From Verrucomicrobiota bacterium (GTDB lineage Bacteria; Verrucomicrobiota; Verrucomicrobiia; Opitutales; Seribacteraceae): 64,000 nucleotides of DNA. Of this stretch, positions 50,066 through 58,144 are shown piece after piece (position 1 is the first letter of the stretch; every line of letters begins with the position of its first letter). The position numbers were made by a program, and so were the translations under genes. The stretch is taken from the NCBI GenBank assembly GCA_027622665.1, contig JAQBYT010000015.1, forward strand, positions 18,178 to 82,177, given 5' to 3'. Below the pieces are notes generated by a model. That model did no database searches. It was not told the origin of the DNA and saw only the letters and a program-made list of their open reading frames with translations.

Positions 50066-50920
50066 GTGAGTGGATTCGACGTTATCGGCGACATCCATGG
50101 ACATGCCGATCATCTGTTGCGCCTTCTGACCAAGCTTGGTTATGAGCGAGGGAGTCCAAGCGACTCATTTGCTCATCCTGATGGCCGAATAGTCGCCTTT
50201 GTCGGCGACCTAATAAACAGGGGGCCAGCATCCTCTGAAGTAATCGACATTGTTCGAGGAATGACGGATGCGGGAACGGCTTTTGCCGTTCTAGGGAATC
50301 ATGAATTCAATCTTCTTGCCGCAGCCTTTGTGGGGGATAAAAAGGTTCTGAAGAAATACCGAGAGCACTTGGATTGGTTTCGATCCCTCCCCTTTTCCCT
50401 GGAGGTTGGAGGTATAAGAGTGGTTCACGCCGTATGGCATCCGACTTCGTTAGCGGTGATCGCGGGGCGAACCTGCAGCGACGAAGACTTTTTGCGGAGA
50501 GCGATTACCAAGGGAACGCCCGAAGGTCAGGCCGTTCAGACCGTATTGAAAGGAATCAAGGTTTCCATTCCCGATGACCAAGTGTATTTGGATCGTTTTG
50601 GCATTCCCCGATCACGAGGTCGCATCCGCTGGTGGCTCGATCCCCGGGGATTATCTTATGCGGACTTGCTCTTTCCGGCCGATGCGGGAGCTTCCGCTTA
50701 TTCTGGACCTTCGTCCGCAGATTTGCCTGATGCAGAACCTTATCCAAGTGATGATCCTCCCGTTTTCATTGGTCACTACTGTTTGCCCGTTAGCGAGCCA
50801 AAGGTACACGGCAACGTCGCTTGCGTGGACGGATGCGTGACCTGCGATGGAGTATTGTGGGCCTATCGGTACAATGGCGAACGGACCCTCGACCCGGTAC
50901 GTCTTGTCCAATCGGATTGA
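50066..50920 (+). CDS. Calcineurin-like metallophosphoesterase (ApaH/PrpE-like)
   Basis: GDIHG, GDLINRG, GNHE, VHA, FIGHY. Confidence 0.88.
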   Translation: MSGFDVIGDIHGHADHLLRLLTKLGYERGSPSDSFAHPDGRIVAFVGDLINRGPASSEVIDIVRGMTDAGTAFAVLGNHEFNLLAAAFVGDKKVLKKYREHLDWFRSLPFSLEVGGIRVVHAVWHPTSLAVIAGRTCSDEDFLRRAITKGTPEGQAVQTVLKGIKVSIPDDQVYLDRFGIPRSRGRIRWWLDPRGLSYADLLFPADAGASAYSGPSSADLPDAEPYPSDDPPVFIGHYCLPVSEPKVHGNVACVDGCVTCDGVLWAYRYNGERTLDPVRLVQSD

Positions 50921-50942
50921 TGTTGGAAATCTTCGAGTTTAC

Positions 50943-51194
50943 TTAGTTCCGTAAAGCGAGACTGCAGCTTGGAGAACTGTTTAAGACTTCCCATGCGCTC
51001 TTCCAGCGGTTCCATCTGGAAATGTGCACGTCATGGAGATCCAATCGGTTCTTGTTGCAGGCGTAACAGAACATATCTGAAGCTTCATTACGATCGTGAG
51101 CGAGGAAGTACTTGTCTGCCGACCCGAGGTCATCGCCCAGATGAAAATGAAACTTGTACTCGAAGAGTTCGGTTTCCTTGTTTTTCATTTTCAT
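50943..51194 (-). CDS. Small hypothetical protein (83 aa)
   Basis: MKMKNKETELFEYKFHFHLGDD...SRWNRWKSAWE; preceded by a near-consensus promoter. The track's 51410 start overlaps the divergent gene. Confidence 0.6.
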   Translation of the reverse strand: MKMKNKETELFEYKFHFHLGDDLGSADKYFLAHDRNEASDMFCYACNKNRLDLHDVHISRWNRWKSAWEVLNSSPSCSLALRN

Positions 51195-51210
51195 GGTATT
51201 ACGCTTAAAT

Positions 51211-51239
51211 ATTATATGCTTGAAAGGCATGAAATGCAA
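51211..51239 (-). promoter_or_regulatory. Sigma70 promoter of the small 83-aa gene
   Basis: Minus strand TTGCAT-17 nt-TATAAT. Confidence 0.65.
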
Positions 51240-51288
51240 ACGCCTCGACTTTCTAAATGGGGCAAACTGATTGGAAAGTTTGTTGCCT

Positions 51289-51304
51289 TGGCGTAGGGGT
51301 TGCC
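51289..51304 (+). promoter_or_regulatory. Putative sigma54 promoter of the 51366-54828 operon
   Basis: TGGC-GTAGGGG-TTGC, exact -24/-12 spacing, about 60 nt upstream of the ATG. Confidence 0.45.
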
Positions 51305-51365
51305 CTAGCGAAAGTAACTCTGCTCCATTAATCATGATGATTTTACAGCTAATTCTAGACTGACC

Positions 51366-52478
51366 ATGAAACAATCTGACTCTTCCCTTAATCGCCGCTC
51401 TTTTCTCCAAAACGCCGCTATCGCCACGGGCTTAATCTCCGCTTCGGTCCCCGTTCGCCTTTTGGGCAAACCAAGTCCGGCTCCTTCGACTAAAGTGAAG
51501 CTTGGTTTCGACAACTTTTCCATTCGAGCCTTGGGATGGAAGGCTCCTCGACTTCTGGAATACGGAAACAAGCAGAAGGTGGACACCATTTTGTTTTCCG
51601 ACTTGGACGTGTTCGAAAGTCACGATACCGGTTACCTGAAGGAGATCAAGCAACAGGCGGACAAGTTCGGGATCGCCATTCACGCCGGCACCGGGGGCAT
51701 ATGTCCCACCTCTCCAAAATTCATCGATAAGTACGGTTCTGCGGAAGATCACCTCAAGCATCTTCTGAAAGTGGCCAAAGCCTTAGGTTCGCCCGTGGCT
51801 CGTTGTTACCTCGGCAGCATGGAAGACCGTAAGGGGCCCGGAGGTATTCAAAAGCATATCGAAAGCACGATTCAGGTTTGCAAAAACGTTCGCAAGCATG
51901 CCCTCGATGCCGGAGTCAAGATCGCCATAGAGAACCATGCGGGCGACATGCATAGTCGTGAGCTTGCCGACCTGATCGAGCGGGCAGGTCCTGAATACGT
52001 CGGTGCCACGCTAGATTCGGGTAACGCCACCTGGACCATGGAAGACCCTCTCGACACCCTCGAAAATCTCGCCCCGTATGCGGTTTCCAGTGGCATCCGC
52101 GATTCGATGATATGGGAAATCGATAATGGCGCATCGGTGCAATGGACCGCCATGGGCGAAGGTTGCGTGGACATGAAGGCTTTTGCCAAAAGATGGGCGG
52201 AGCTTTGCCCTCAAGTTCCCGTTCAGCTAGAAATCATATCCGGATTCTCCAAGCCGTTCCCCTACTTGGAAAAGGATTTCTGGAAACCCTACGAATCTAT
52301 CGGTGCGGATGGTTTCGCTGGATTCGTCGGGTTAGCGAAAGCGGGAACTCCCATGGAGTCCTTCAAGGTTCCGAAGGGTGCCGATCGAAAGAAGGCTCAA
52401 CAAGATTATCAAATCGCGGAGCTGGAACGTAGCATAAAGTATTCAAAGGAAACTCTTGGTTTAGGCGCGAGAAGTTGA
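51366..52478 (+). CDS. Tat-exported sugar phosphate isomerase/epimerase (xylose isomerase-like TIM barrel)
   Basis: NRRSFLQ Tat motif; IAIENHAGD, LDSGN, MGEGCVD, QLEII. Confidence 0.85.
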   Translation: MKQSDSSLNRRSFLQNAAIATGLISASVPVRLLGKPSPAPSTKVKLGFDNFSIRALGWKAPRLLEYGNKQKVDTILFSDLDVFESHDTGYLKEIKQQADKFGIAIHAGTGGICPTSPKFIDKYGSAEDHLKHLLKVAKALGSPVARCYLGSMEDRKGPGGIQKHIESTIQVCKNVRKHALDAGVKIAIENHAGDMHSRELADLIERAGPEYVGATLDSGNATWTMEDPLDTLENLAPYAVSSGIRDSMIWEIDNGASVQWTAMGEGCVDMKAFAKRWAELCPQVPVQLEIISGFSKPFPYLEKDFWKPYESIGADGFAGFVGLAKAGTPMESFKVPKGADRKKAQQDYQIAELERSIKYSKETLGLGARS

Positions 52479-52509
52479 CCCGCTTTAGTTTCGAAGAAAA
52501 ACAAATCAA

Positions 52510-53544
52510 ATGAAGAAGTACATTTTCTTTTTCGCAGTCAACTGCCTTGCCTTTCTATCGTCTGCAGGACTTGCCGTTGGCGATTCCGTGCCGAAAGCTC
52601 TTTCGGTTCGAATCGATAAGGTGATCAAGAAAGCGCATGCCCGTCCGCTTCGTAGCGACGTGAACACCCCTTGGGTCGTGATGCATGCGGTGGTGGCCTT
52701 TGAGCACGACTTGGAGGTTTTCGACGTTGAGTCTGACCGGAAGCTAAATGCCATCGACTATCTTACCCACCACGCCAAGTTCGAAGGCAAACTGATTTAT
52801 CAAGACGTCAAAGGTGTGCCTACCTTGAAGACCCGGGGCAAAGGGGATAAGTCCTTCCTCATTCAGGATCACGTGGATCAGTTCTTGTTTGCCTATGCCG
52901 ATGCGGGTGTGAAGTTGGATCGTGAAATCGTTTCACGCACGGGAAGGAAATTCACGGTGCAGGACAAGTTGGACTTCGCCAAGAAGGGCTTTCGCGAGGA
53001 TCAGGAACTTGGCTGGACCCTGGTCGCTGTCTCGACCTATGTTCCTTTTGACGAGGAATGGAAGACCGATACGGGTAAGAAATATCGAGTCGAGGATGTC
53101 ATGCGTTTGGCCATTCAACGTGATCCGCGACGTGAAACGGAGGGTGGTCCGCACCATTTGTACGGGGTCGCCTACGCTCTTCGGAAATATCTAGACCAAG
53201 GCGGCAAGCTCGTCGGAGTATGGAAAGATGCGAAGAAATATTTGGATAAATACGTCGCTATCACGAAGGACTACCAACAGAAAGACGGAGCCTTTTCCGC
53301 CGCCGTGTTTTTTCGCTCTGCAAGACCGCGTACTCCTCGTCAGCTAATCAGCTCCACCGGGCACGCTCTCGAATGGATGAGCGTTGCACTCTCGCCCGAT
53401 GAGTTGACGCAGGACTGGGTGCTCAAGGCGATTAACCGGATGGTGACTGATTTGGAAAAGTTTCCCACTGAGGTGTTCAGCGATGGTGGGTTGTACCATG
53501 CCGCACATGCTCTTCGCAGGTTCCGCGAAGCCACCGGCGGATAA
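52510..53544 (+). CDS. Secreted helical hypothetical protein
   Basis: Signal peptide; His-containing motifs PWVVMH, QDHVDQF, GGPHHLYG, TGHALEW, YHAAHAL. Confidence 0.75.
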   Translation: MKKYIFFFAVNCLAFLSSAGLAVGDSVPKALSVRIDKVIKKAHARPLRSDVNTPWVVMHAVVAFEHDLEVFDVESDRKLNAIDYLTHHAKFEGKLIYQDVKGVPTLKTRGKGDKSFLIQDHVDQFLFAYADAGVKLDREIVSRTGRKFTVQDKLDFAKKGFREDQELGWTLVAVSTYVPFDEEWKTDTGKKYRVEDVMRLAIQRDPRRETEGGPHHLYGVAYALRKYLDQGGKLVGVWKDAKKYLDKYVAITKDYQQKDGAFSAAVFFRSARPRTPRQLISSTGHALEWMSVALSPDELTQDWVLKAINRMVTDLEKFPTEVFSDGGLYHAAHALRRFREATGG

Positions 53545-53571
53545 ATCGAACCTATCTAAACCAGCCCACTT

Positions 53572-54828
53572 ATGGAGAATAAGCATAAACGCATTTTTCC
53601 GATTCTGGTTGCCCTCTCTCTCTGGAGCGTAACCGCTGCCAGAGAACTTCCCGTTGCCAAACCGGAAGAGGTCGGGATGTCCTCGGCTAAGTTGGGAAAG
53701 GTCGACGATGTCTTGAAGGGCTTTATTGCGGAGAAGAAGCTTGCCGGATGCATTGTGGCAATCGCTCGAAAGGGAAAGATCGTCCACTTCGGAACCTACG
53801 GCAAGATGGACGTGGAACGCGACAAGCCCATGACCCCGGGTTCGATCTTCCGCATCTATTCGATGAGCAAGGCGATCACCACTGCCGCCGCGCTTCTCCT
53901 GTTTGATGAGGGCAAGTACGACTTGGACGACCCTGTGTCGAAATACATTCCCGAATTCGAGGAACTTTCGGTTTGGAGAGAAGGTCAGGCGGAACCCGCC
54001 AAGCGACAAATGACCGTTCGCGACTTGATGCGTCACACCTCGGGGTTGTCCTATGGGTTTGTGGGAAACAGCGCGGTGGAAAAACGTTACAAGAAGGACA
54101 AGCCGATTGATCGGGCGGGCGATCTTCCCACCATGATAACAAAGTTGAGTGGCATTCCCCTCGCCTTCGAGCCGGGAACCAAGTGGCAATACAGCGTATC
54201 CATTGATGTTCTCGGTCGCCTCATCGAAATCTGGTCGGGAAAAAAGTTCGAGGACTTTCTTGCCGAACGCATTTGCAAACCCCTCGACATGAAGGATACC
54301 GCGTTTGACGTCCCTAAGGGGAAGGTCGATAGATTTACTGCCAATTACGCTCCAAACGGATCGGGCGAACTTCGCCTTATCGATGATCCCGCCCAGAGTC
54401 GTTACCTGACTCCCGCCGGACTCGCTTCCGGAGGCGGTGGTCTAGTTTCCACTACGCGCGACTACCTGCGGTTTCTGCAGATGGTGCTTAATGGCGGGGA
54501 ACTCCATGGAACGCGCATTCTTAAGAAGAAGACAGTTCGCCTGATGACTCGAAACCAACTTCCCAAGAAGATTATGCCCATTCGAATAGGACCAATCCCG
54601 AGAGTGGGTGTGGGTTTTGGCCTTGGCTTTTCGACTCGCGTTTCAATGGGACCATGGGATCCGGGCGGAAGGGTCGGCGAGTTCGGTTGGGGCGGTGCCG
54701 CCAGCACGCACTATTGGGTTTCGCCAAAGGACGAACTCGTCGTGGTGACCATGGAGCAGATCATGCCGTACAGCTTTATGACCGAGTGGGCCGTCAAGAA
54801 GCTCATCTACGATGCAATCGAGAAATAG
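53572..54828 (+). CDS. Serine hydrolase, beta-lactamase (class C-like) family
   Basis: FRIYSMSK (SxxK), LMRHTSG, FEPGTKWQYS, WGGAASTHYW. Confidence 0.9.
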   Translation: MENKHKRIFPILVALSLWSVTAARELPVAKPEEVGMSSAKLGKVDDVLKGFIAEKKLAGCIVAIARKGKIVHFGTYGKMDVERDKPMTPGSIFRIYSMSKAITTAAALLLFDEGKYDLDDPVSKYIPEFEELSVWREGQAEPAKRQMTVRDLMRHTSGLSYGFVGNSAVEKRYKKDKPIDRAGDLPTMITKLSGIPLAFEPGTKWQYSVSIDVLGRLIEIWSGKKFEDFLAERICKPLDMKDTAFDVPKGKVDRFTANYAPNGSGELRLIDDPAQSRYLTPAGLASGGGGLVSTTRDYLRFLQMVLNGGELHGTRILKKKTVRLMTRNQLPKKIMPIRIGPIPRVGVGFGLGFSTRVSMGPWDPGGRVGEFGWGGAASTHYWVSPKDELVVVTMEQIMPYSFMTEWAVKKLIYDAIEK

Positions 54829-54835
54829 AACAAAC

Positions 54836-55474
54836 CTAAGCGTCGTCGAGCGACTCACCTTCCGGAAGGTGGCTCACGTCGCCCCAGTGGAGCAGACTCC
54901 AACCTCCATCTTTCTTTTCGATCACGTTCACCGAGCAATTTAGCAACGCATATCTGCGAGGGGAATCCAATGAAAGTCCGATGACATGTCGGAATATAGC
55001 TCCGAGTACGCCTCCATGGGTGACGACGAGTATGCTTTTTCCCGAGTGCCGAATCGAAAACTCTTCGATCGCGTTCACGCATCGTTCATTGAATTGTCGA
55101 AAGCTCTCCCCTTCTGGAATTAGATAGTCGGGCCCATTGTTACGAAAGGATTCGTACACGTCGGGGCACTGGTCAAGCATCTCGGCCGTGGTAAACCCTT
55201 GCATGATGCCGAGGCCGCGCTCGCGTAGTCTTTCGTCGATTTCGAAGTCCATTGCCGATGGATCGGCAATCAATTTGGAGGTGTGGACGGCCCGACCCAA
55301 GTCACTCGTGTAGCAAGCATCGAAAGTTGCGTCTCTAAATCGTTCTCCCAAGGCTCTAGCTTGAGTTTGTCCATGAATTGTGAGTGGGGCGTCGGCATGA
55401 CCCTGCCATCGTCCCGAAACGTTCCATTCCGTTTCGCCATGACGAACAAGAGTAATTCGTGTGACTTGACTCAT
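54836..55474 (-). CDS. Histidine phosphatase (phosphoglycerate mutase-like) family protein
   Basis: LVRHGETEWN, SDLGRA, LRERGLG, PEGES, VTHGG. Confidence 0.92.
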   Translation of the reverse strand: MSQVTRITLVRHGETEWNVSGRWQGHADAPLTIHGQTQARALGERFRDATFDACYTSDLGRAVHTSKLIADPSAMDFEIDERLRERGLGIMQGFTTAEMLDQCPDVYESFRNNGPDYLIPEGESFRQFNERCVNAIEEFSIRHSGKSILVVTHGGVLGAIFRHVIGLSLDSPRRYALLNCSVNVIEKKDGGWSLLHWGDVSHLPEGESLDDA

Positions 55475-55579
55475 AAGGACTAAGAAGTCTTAAAGATGCT
55501 TTCGCGTATCGTCACTTCCAAAAACACTATCCTTAAAAGAGTCTTTGATTCTTGGTATGACTTTCGGTAACCTGCCTGA

Positions 55580-56917
55580 ATGATTCCCCAGGACATCATT
55601 GCTCTGAAACGTGACGGCGAGCCCATTCCCGCGGCAGACCTTCGAGCATTCGTTCTCGATTACGCACGTGGAGATGTCCCCGACTACCAGATGGCAGCCT
55701 TCGCCATGGCGACTTGCGTCAATGGCATGAGTTTCGAGGAAATCTCCGCTTTGACGCAAGCCATGATGGACTCCGGCGAAACACTCGATTTCGGCGATCT
55801 CTCTCGTATTGCGGTCGACAAGCATTCCACCGGAGGAATAGGCGACAAGGTCTCGCTCGTACTGGCTCCCTTGGCGGCCGCCTGTGGGGTTGTGGTTCCG
55901 ATGATTTCTGGACGAGGACTTGGTTTGACGGGTGGAACCTTGGACAAATTGGAAAGTATTCCCGGCTATCGGACTGACCTTTCCAGTGCCGAGTTCCGAC
56001 AAGTCGTGAATGACTGTGGTTGCGCGATTACCGGACAGACGGATCGTTTGGCTCCTGCCGACAAAAAGCTTTATGCCCTTCGAGACGTCACCGGCACCGT
56101 GCCTTCCATTCCCCTTATTACGGCCAGTATTTTATGCAAAAAGCTGGCTGCAGGCGTTCAATGTCTCGTTCTCGACGTGAAGTGCGGATCGGGTTCCTTT
56201 ATGAAAACTGAGGCCGAGGCTCGCGAACTGGCCGAGACCATGGTTGAGGTGGGCACCCGTTCAGGTTGCCGAGTGGAAGCACTCGTGACCGAGATGAACC
56301 GACCCTTGGGCCGTACGGTAGGGAATGCGCTCGAGGTCGCCGAAGTCGTACGAACCCTTCGAGGCGAGGGTCCCTCCGACCTCGTCGAGATCACCTTTGC
56401 TCTCGGAGCGCGGATGCTTGCCATGGCCGATGTCGGAACTGATGATGAAGAGCGGCGGGCCCTTCTCGCAAATGCCCTCTACTCCGGCCGAGCCTTCGAT
56501 GTCTTTCTCAAGATGGTCGAATTACAGGGAGGAGATCCCACTTTCGTCGAATCCCCGGAGAAACTTCCTTCCGCTGCAACCGTTGAAAGCCTTTCCTCCC
56601 CAACCTCCGGTTACGTAACTGGCGTGGATGCCGCCAAAGTGGGTCGAGCCGCCTTCATCCTCGGGGCAGGTCGTACGCGAAGGGAAGACAACGTAGATTT
56701 CGCCGTAGGCGTGAGCGACCTCAAGCAGGTCGGTGAACCCGTCGCGAAAGGCGACTCTCTGGCCAGCATCCACGCGAATGCGACTGAGCACCTAGAGGAA
56801 GCCCGTGTCTTGCTTGGTTCCTCCTTTCTGATCGATAGCTCTCGTTCTGAGCCTGCAGCTTTGATTAAGGAGAAAATAACGAATTTGAATCTTTCCTTCG
56901 ACAGCTTTTCTGCCTGA
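55580..56917 (+). CDS. Thymidine/pyrimidine-nucleoside phosphorylase
   Basis: DYQMAA, DKHSTGGIGDK, SGRGLGLTGGTLDKLESIPG, LYALRDVT, GNALEV. Confidence 0.93.
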   Translation: MIPQDIIALKRDGEPIPAADLRAFVLDYARGDVPDYQMAAFAMATCVNGMSFEEISALTQAMMDSGETLDFGDLSRIAVDKHSTGGIGDKVSLVLAPLAAACGVVVPMISGRGLGLTGGTLDKLESIPGYRTDLSSAEFRQVVNDCGCAITGQTDRLAPADKKLYALRDVTGTVPSIPLITASILCKKLAAGVQCLVLDVKCGSGSFMKTEAEARELAETMVEVGTRSGCRVEALVTEMNRPLGRTVGNALEVAEVVRTLRGEGPSDLVEITFALGARMLAMADVGTDDEERRALLANALYSGRAFDVFLKMVELQGGDPTFVESPEKLPSAATVESLSSPTSGYVTGVDAAKVGRAAFILGAGRTRREDNVDFAVGVSDLKQVGEPVAKGDSLASIHANATEHLEEARVLLGSSFLIDSSRSEPAALIKEKITNLNLSFDSFSA

Positions 56918-56971
56918 ATCTTTATAAGCGAAGCAATTCTTGCCTGCGGTCGCGAAAGCTTTATTTCTTCA

Positions 56972-58075
56972 ATGAAACAACCCGCCAAAATAATGAAAAA
57001 CGTCATCGTCACTTCCGTGCTTTGCCTGTCCTTCTCTCCTCTGCTAGAAAGCGTTTTCGCAAATAAAGTTCCCACTCCGGAGCGCCTCCGGATCAACAAA
57101 GTCCCGCCTCCCGGACGCGGCCCAATACGGGTTCGACCTGTCCCCGGTGGTCATGCGCCGGCCAAGGTTCCCGCCCCTTGGTCCAGCCATCAGCATGTGT
57201 TCGTGGGCACTCTCGATAAAGTGGTCGCGGGGCCGGTTGGCCGGTCGTTTCCCCCAATGTTCACGCACAAGTTGAGCTTCACGGTAAAGGAATCCATTCG
57301 TGGTGATCTCAAACCCGGCGGCAAGGTGGAGATTTCCCATGTCGCTCGTCAACGCGTGGCCCCCGTCTTTCCGGATGGCGAGACCTGCGTCGTCGGAGCG
57401 GAGAAGAGTCGCGGTGGTTTTCAAGCCAAGGTCGTACAGAAGCTTGATCCGGCTGAAATCGCCTCTGTTCGCCTTGCCTGCGCCCTGCCCTTGGGATGGA
57501 GCGGCGAAAAAGGTGAAGTTCGCTCCCCGTGGATTAGCCTCAAGGCCAAGTGGCCCTCCAACCTAAAGGAAGGGGCCAAGCATTTCTGTGCTGTCACGGG
57601 AAGACCTGCACTTGGTTTCGGCATAGGTGCTACTTTCGCGGTTGAGAAGGTTCCGCCTGAAGTAGAAGTAAAGTGGACGAACCCGGATGGTGACGGAGAG
57701 TATCGTTTGACGGTTGCAAATGCCGGTGAGAAGCCGGTTGTCATTCCTGCTCTAAGAAAGCTTGGCGGAAAAGTTCTATGGAATGAAAGCGTTGTGATTC
57801 TCTGCCAAGGCAAGACCTACACCTCGCCCGGGGCAAAAGGCCTGTCAGTGGTCACCTCGCCCGTGACTTTGAAACCCGGTCGAAAGTTGTCCGGCATAAT
57901 CAACCCTCTGGCTCTGGAGGGACCCGAATGGCCCAAGGGGGGCTACCGCATTTCCTTCCAGATTTGTCTAGGCGAAAGAAGCAGCACCCAGTCCTTCTAC
58001 TATATGTCCCGCCACCACGACGGCATTCGAGCCAAACTTAAGAAGGGAGAGCCGATTCGTTCCCAAGGAGACTAA
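56972..58075 (+). CDS. Secreted hypothetical protein
   Basis: 367-aa ORF with signal peptide and Pro-rich N-terminus; no family recognised. Confidence 0.7.
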   Translation: MKQPAKIMKNVIVTSVLCLSFSPLLESVFANKVPTPERLRINKVPPPGRGPIRVRPVPGGHAPAKVPAPWSSHQHVFVGTLDKVVAGPVGRSFPPMFTHKLSFTVKESIRGDLKPGGKVEISHVARQRVAPVFPDGETCVVGAEKSRGGFQAKVVQKLDPAEIASVRLACALPLGWSGEKGEVRSPWISLKAKWPSNLKEGAKHFCAVTGRPALGFGIGATFAVEKVPPEVEVKWTNPDGDGEYRLTVANAGEKPVVIPALRKLGGKVLWNESVVILCQGKTYTSPGAKGLSVVTSPVTLKPGRKLSGIINPLALEGPEWPKGGYRISFQICLGERSSTQSFYYMSRHHDGIRAKLKKGEPIRSQGD

Positions 58076-58144
58076 ATTAATTCCCTCAACAGGGTTACGT
58101 TTTCATCCAATATCTTTCTTTCTGCACGCATCTAGCCCATTCCC

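Noticed and set aside
53572..54828. Antibiotic-resistance beta-lactamase
   Set aside because: Motifs (WGG in place of KTG) fit the broad esterase/serine hydrolase branch; no mobile context.
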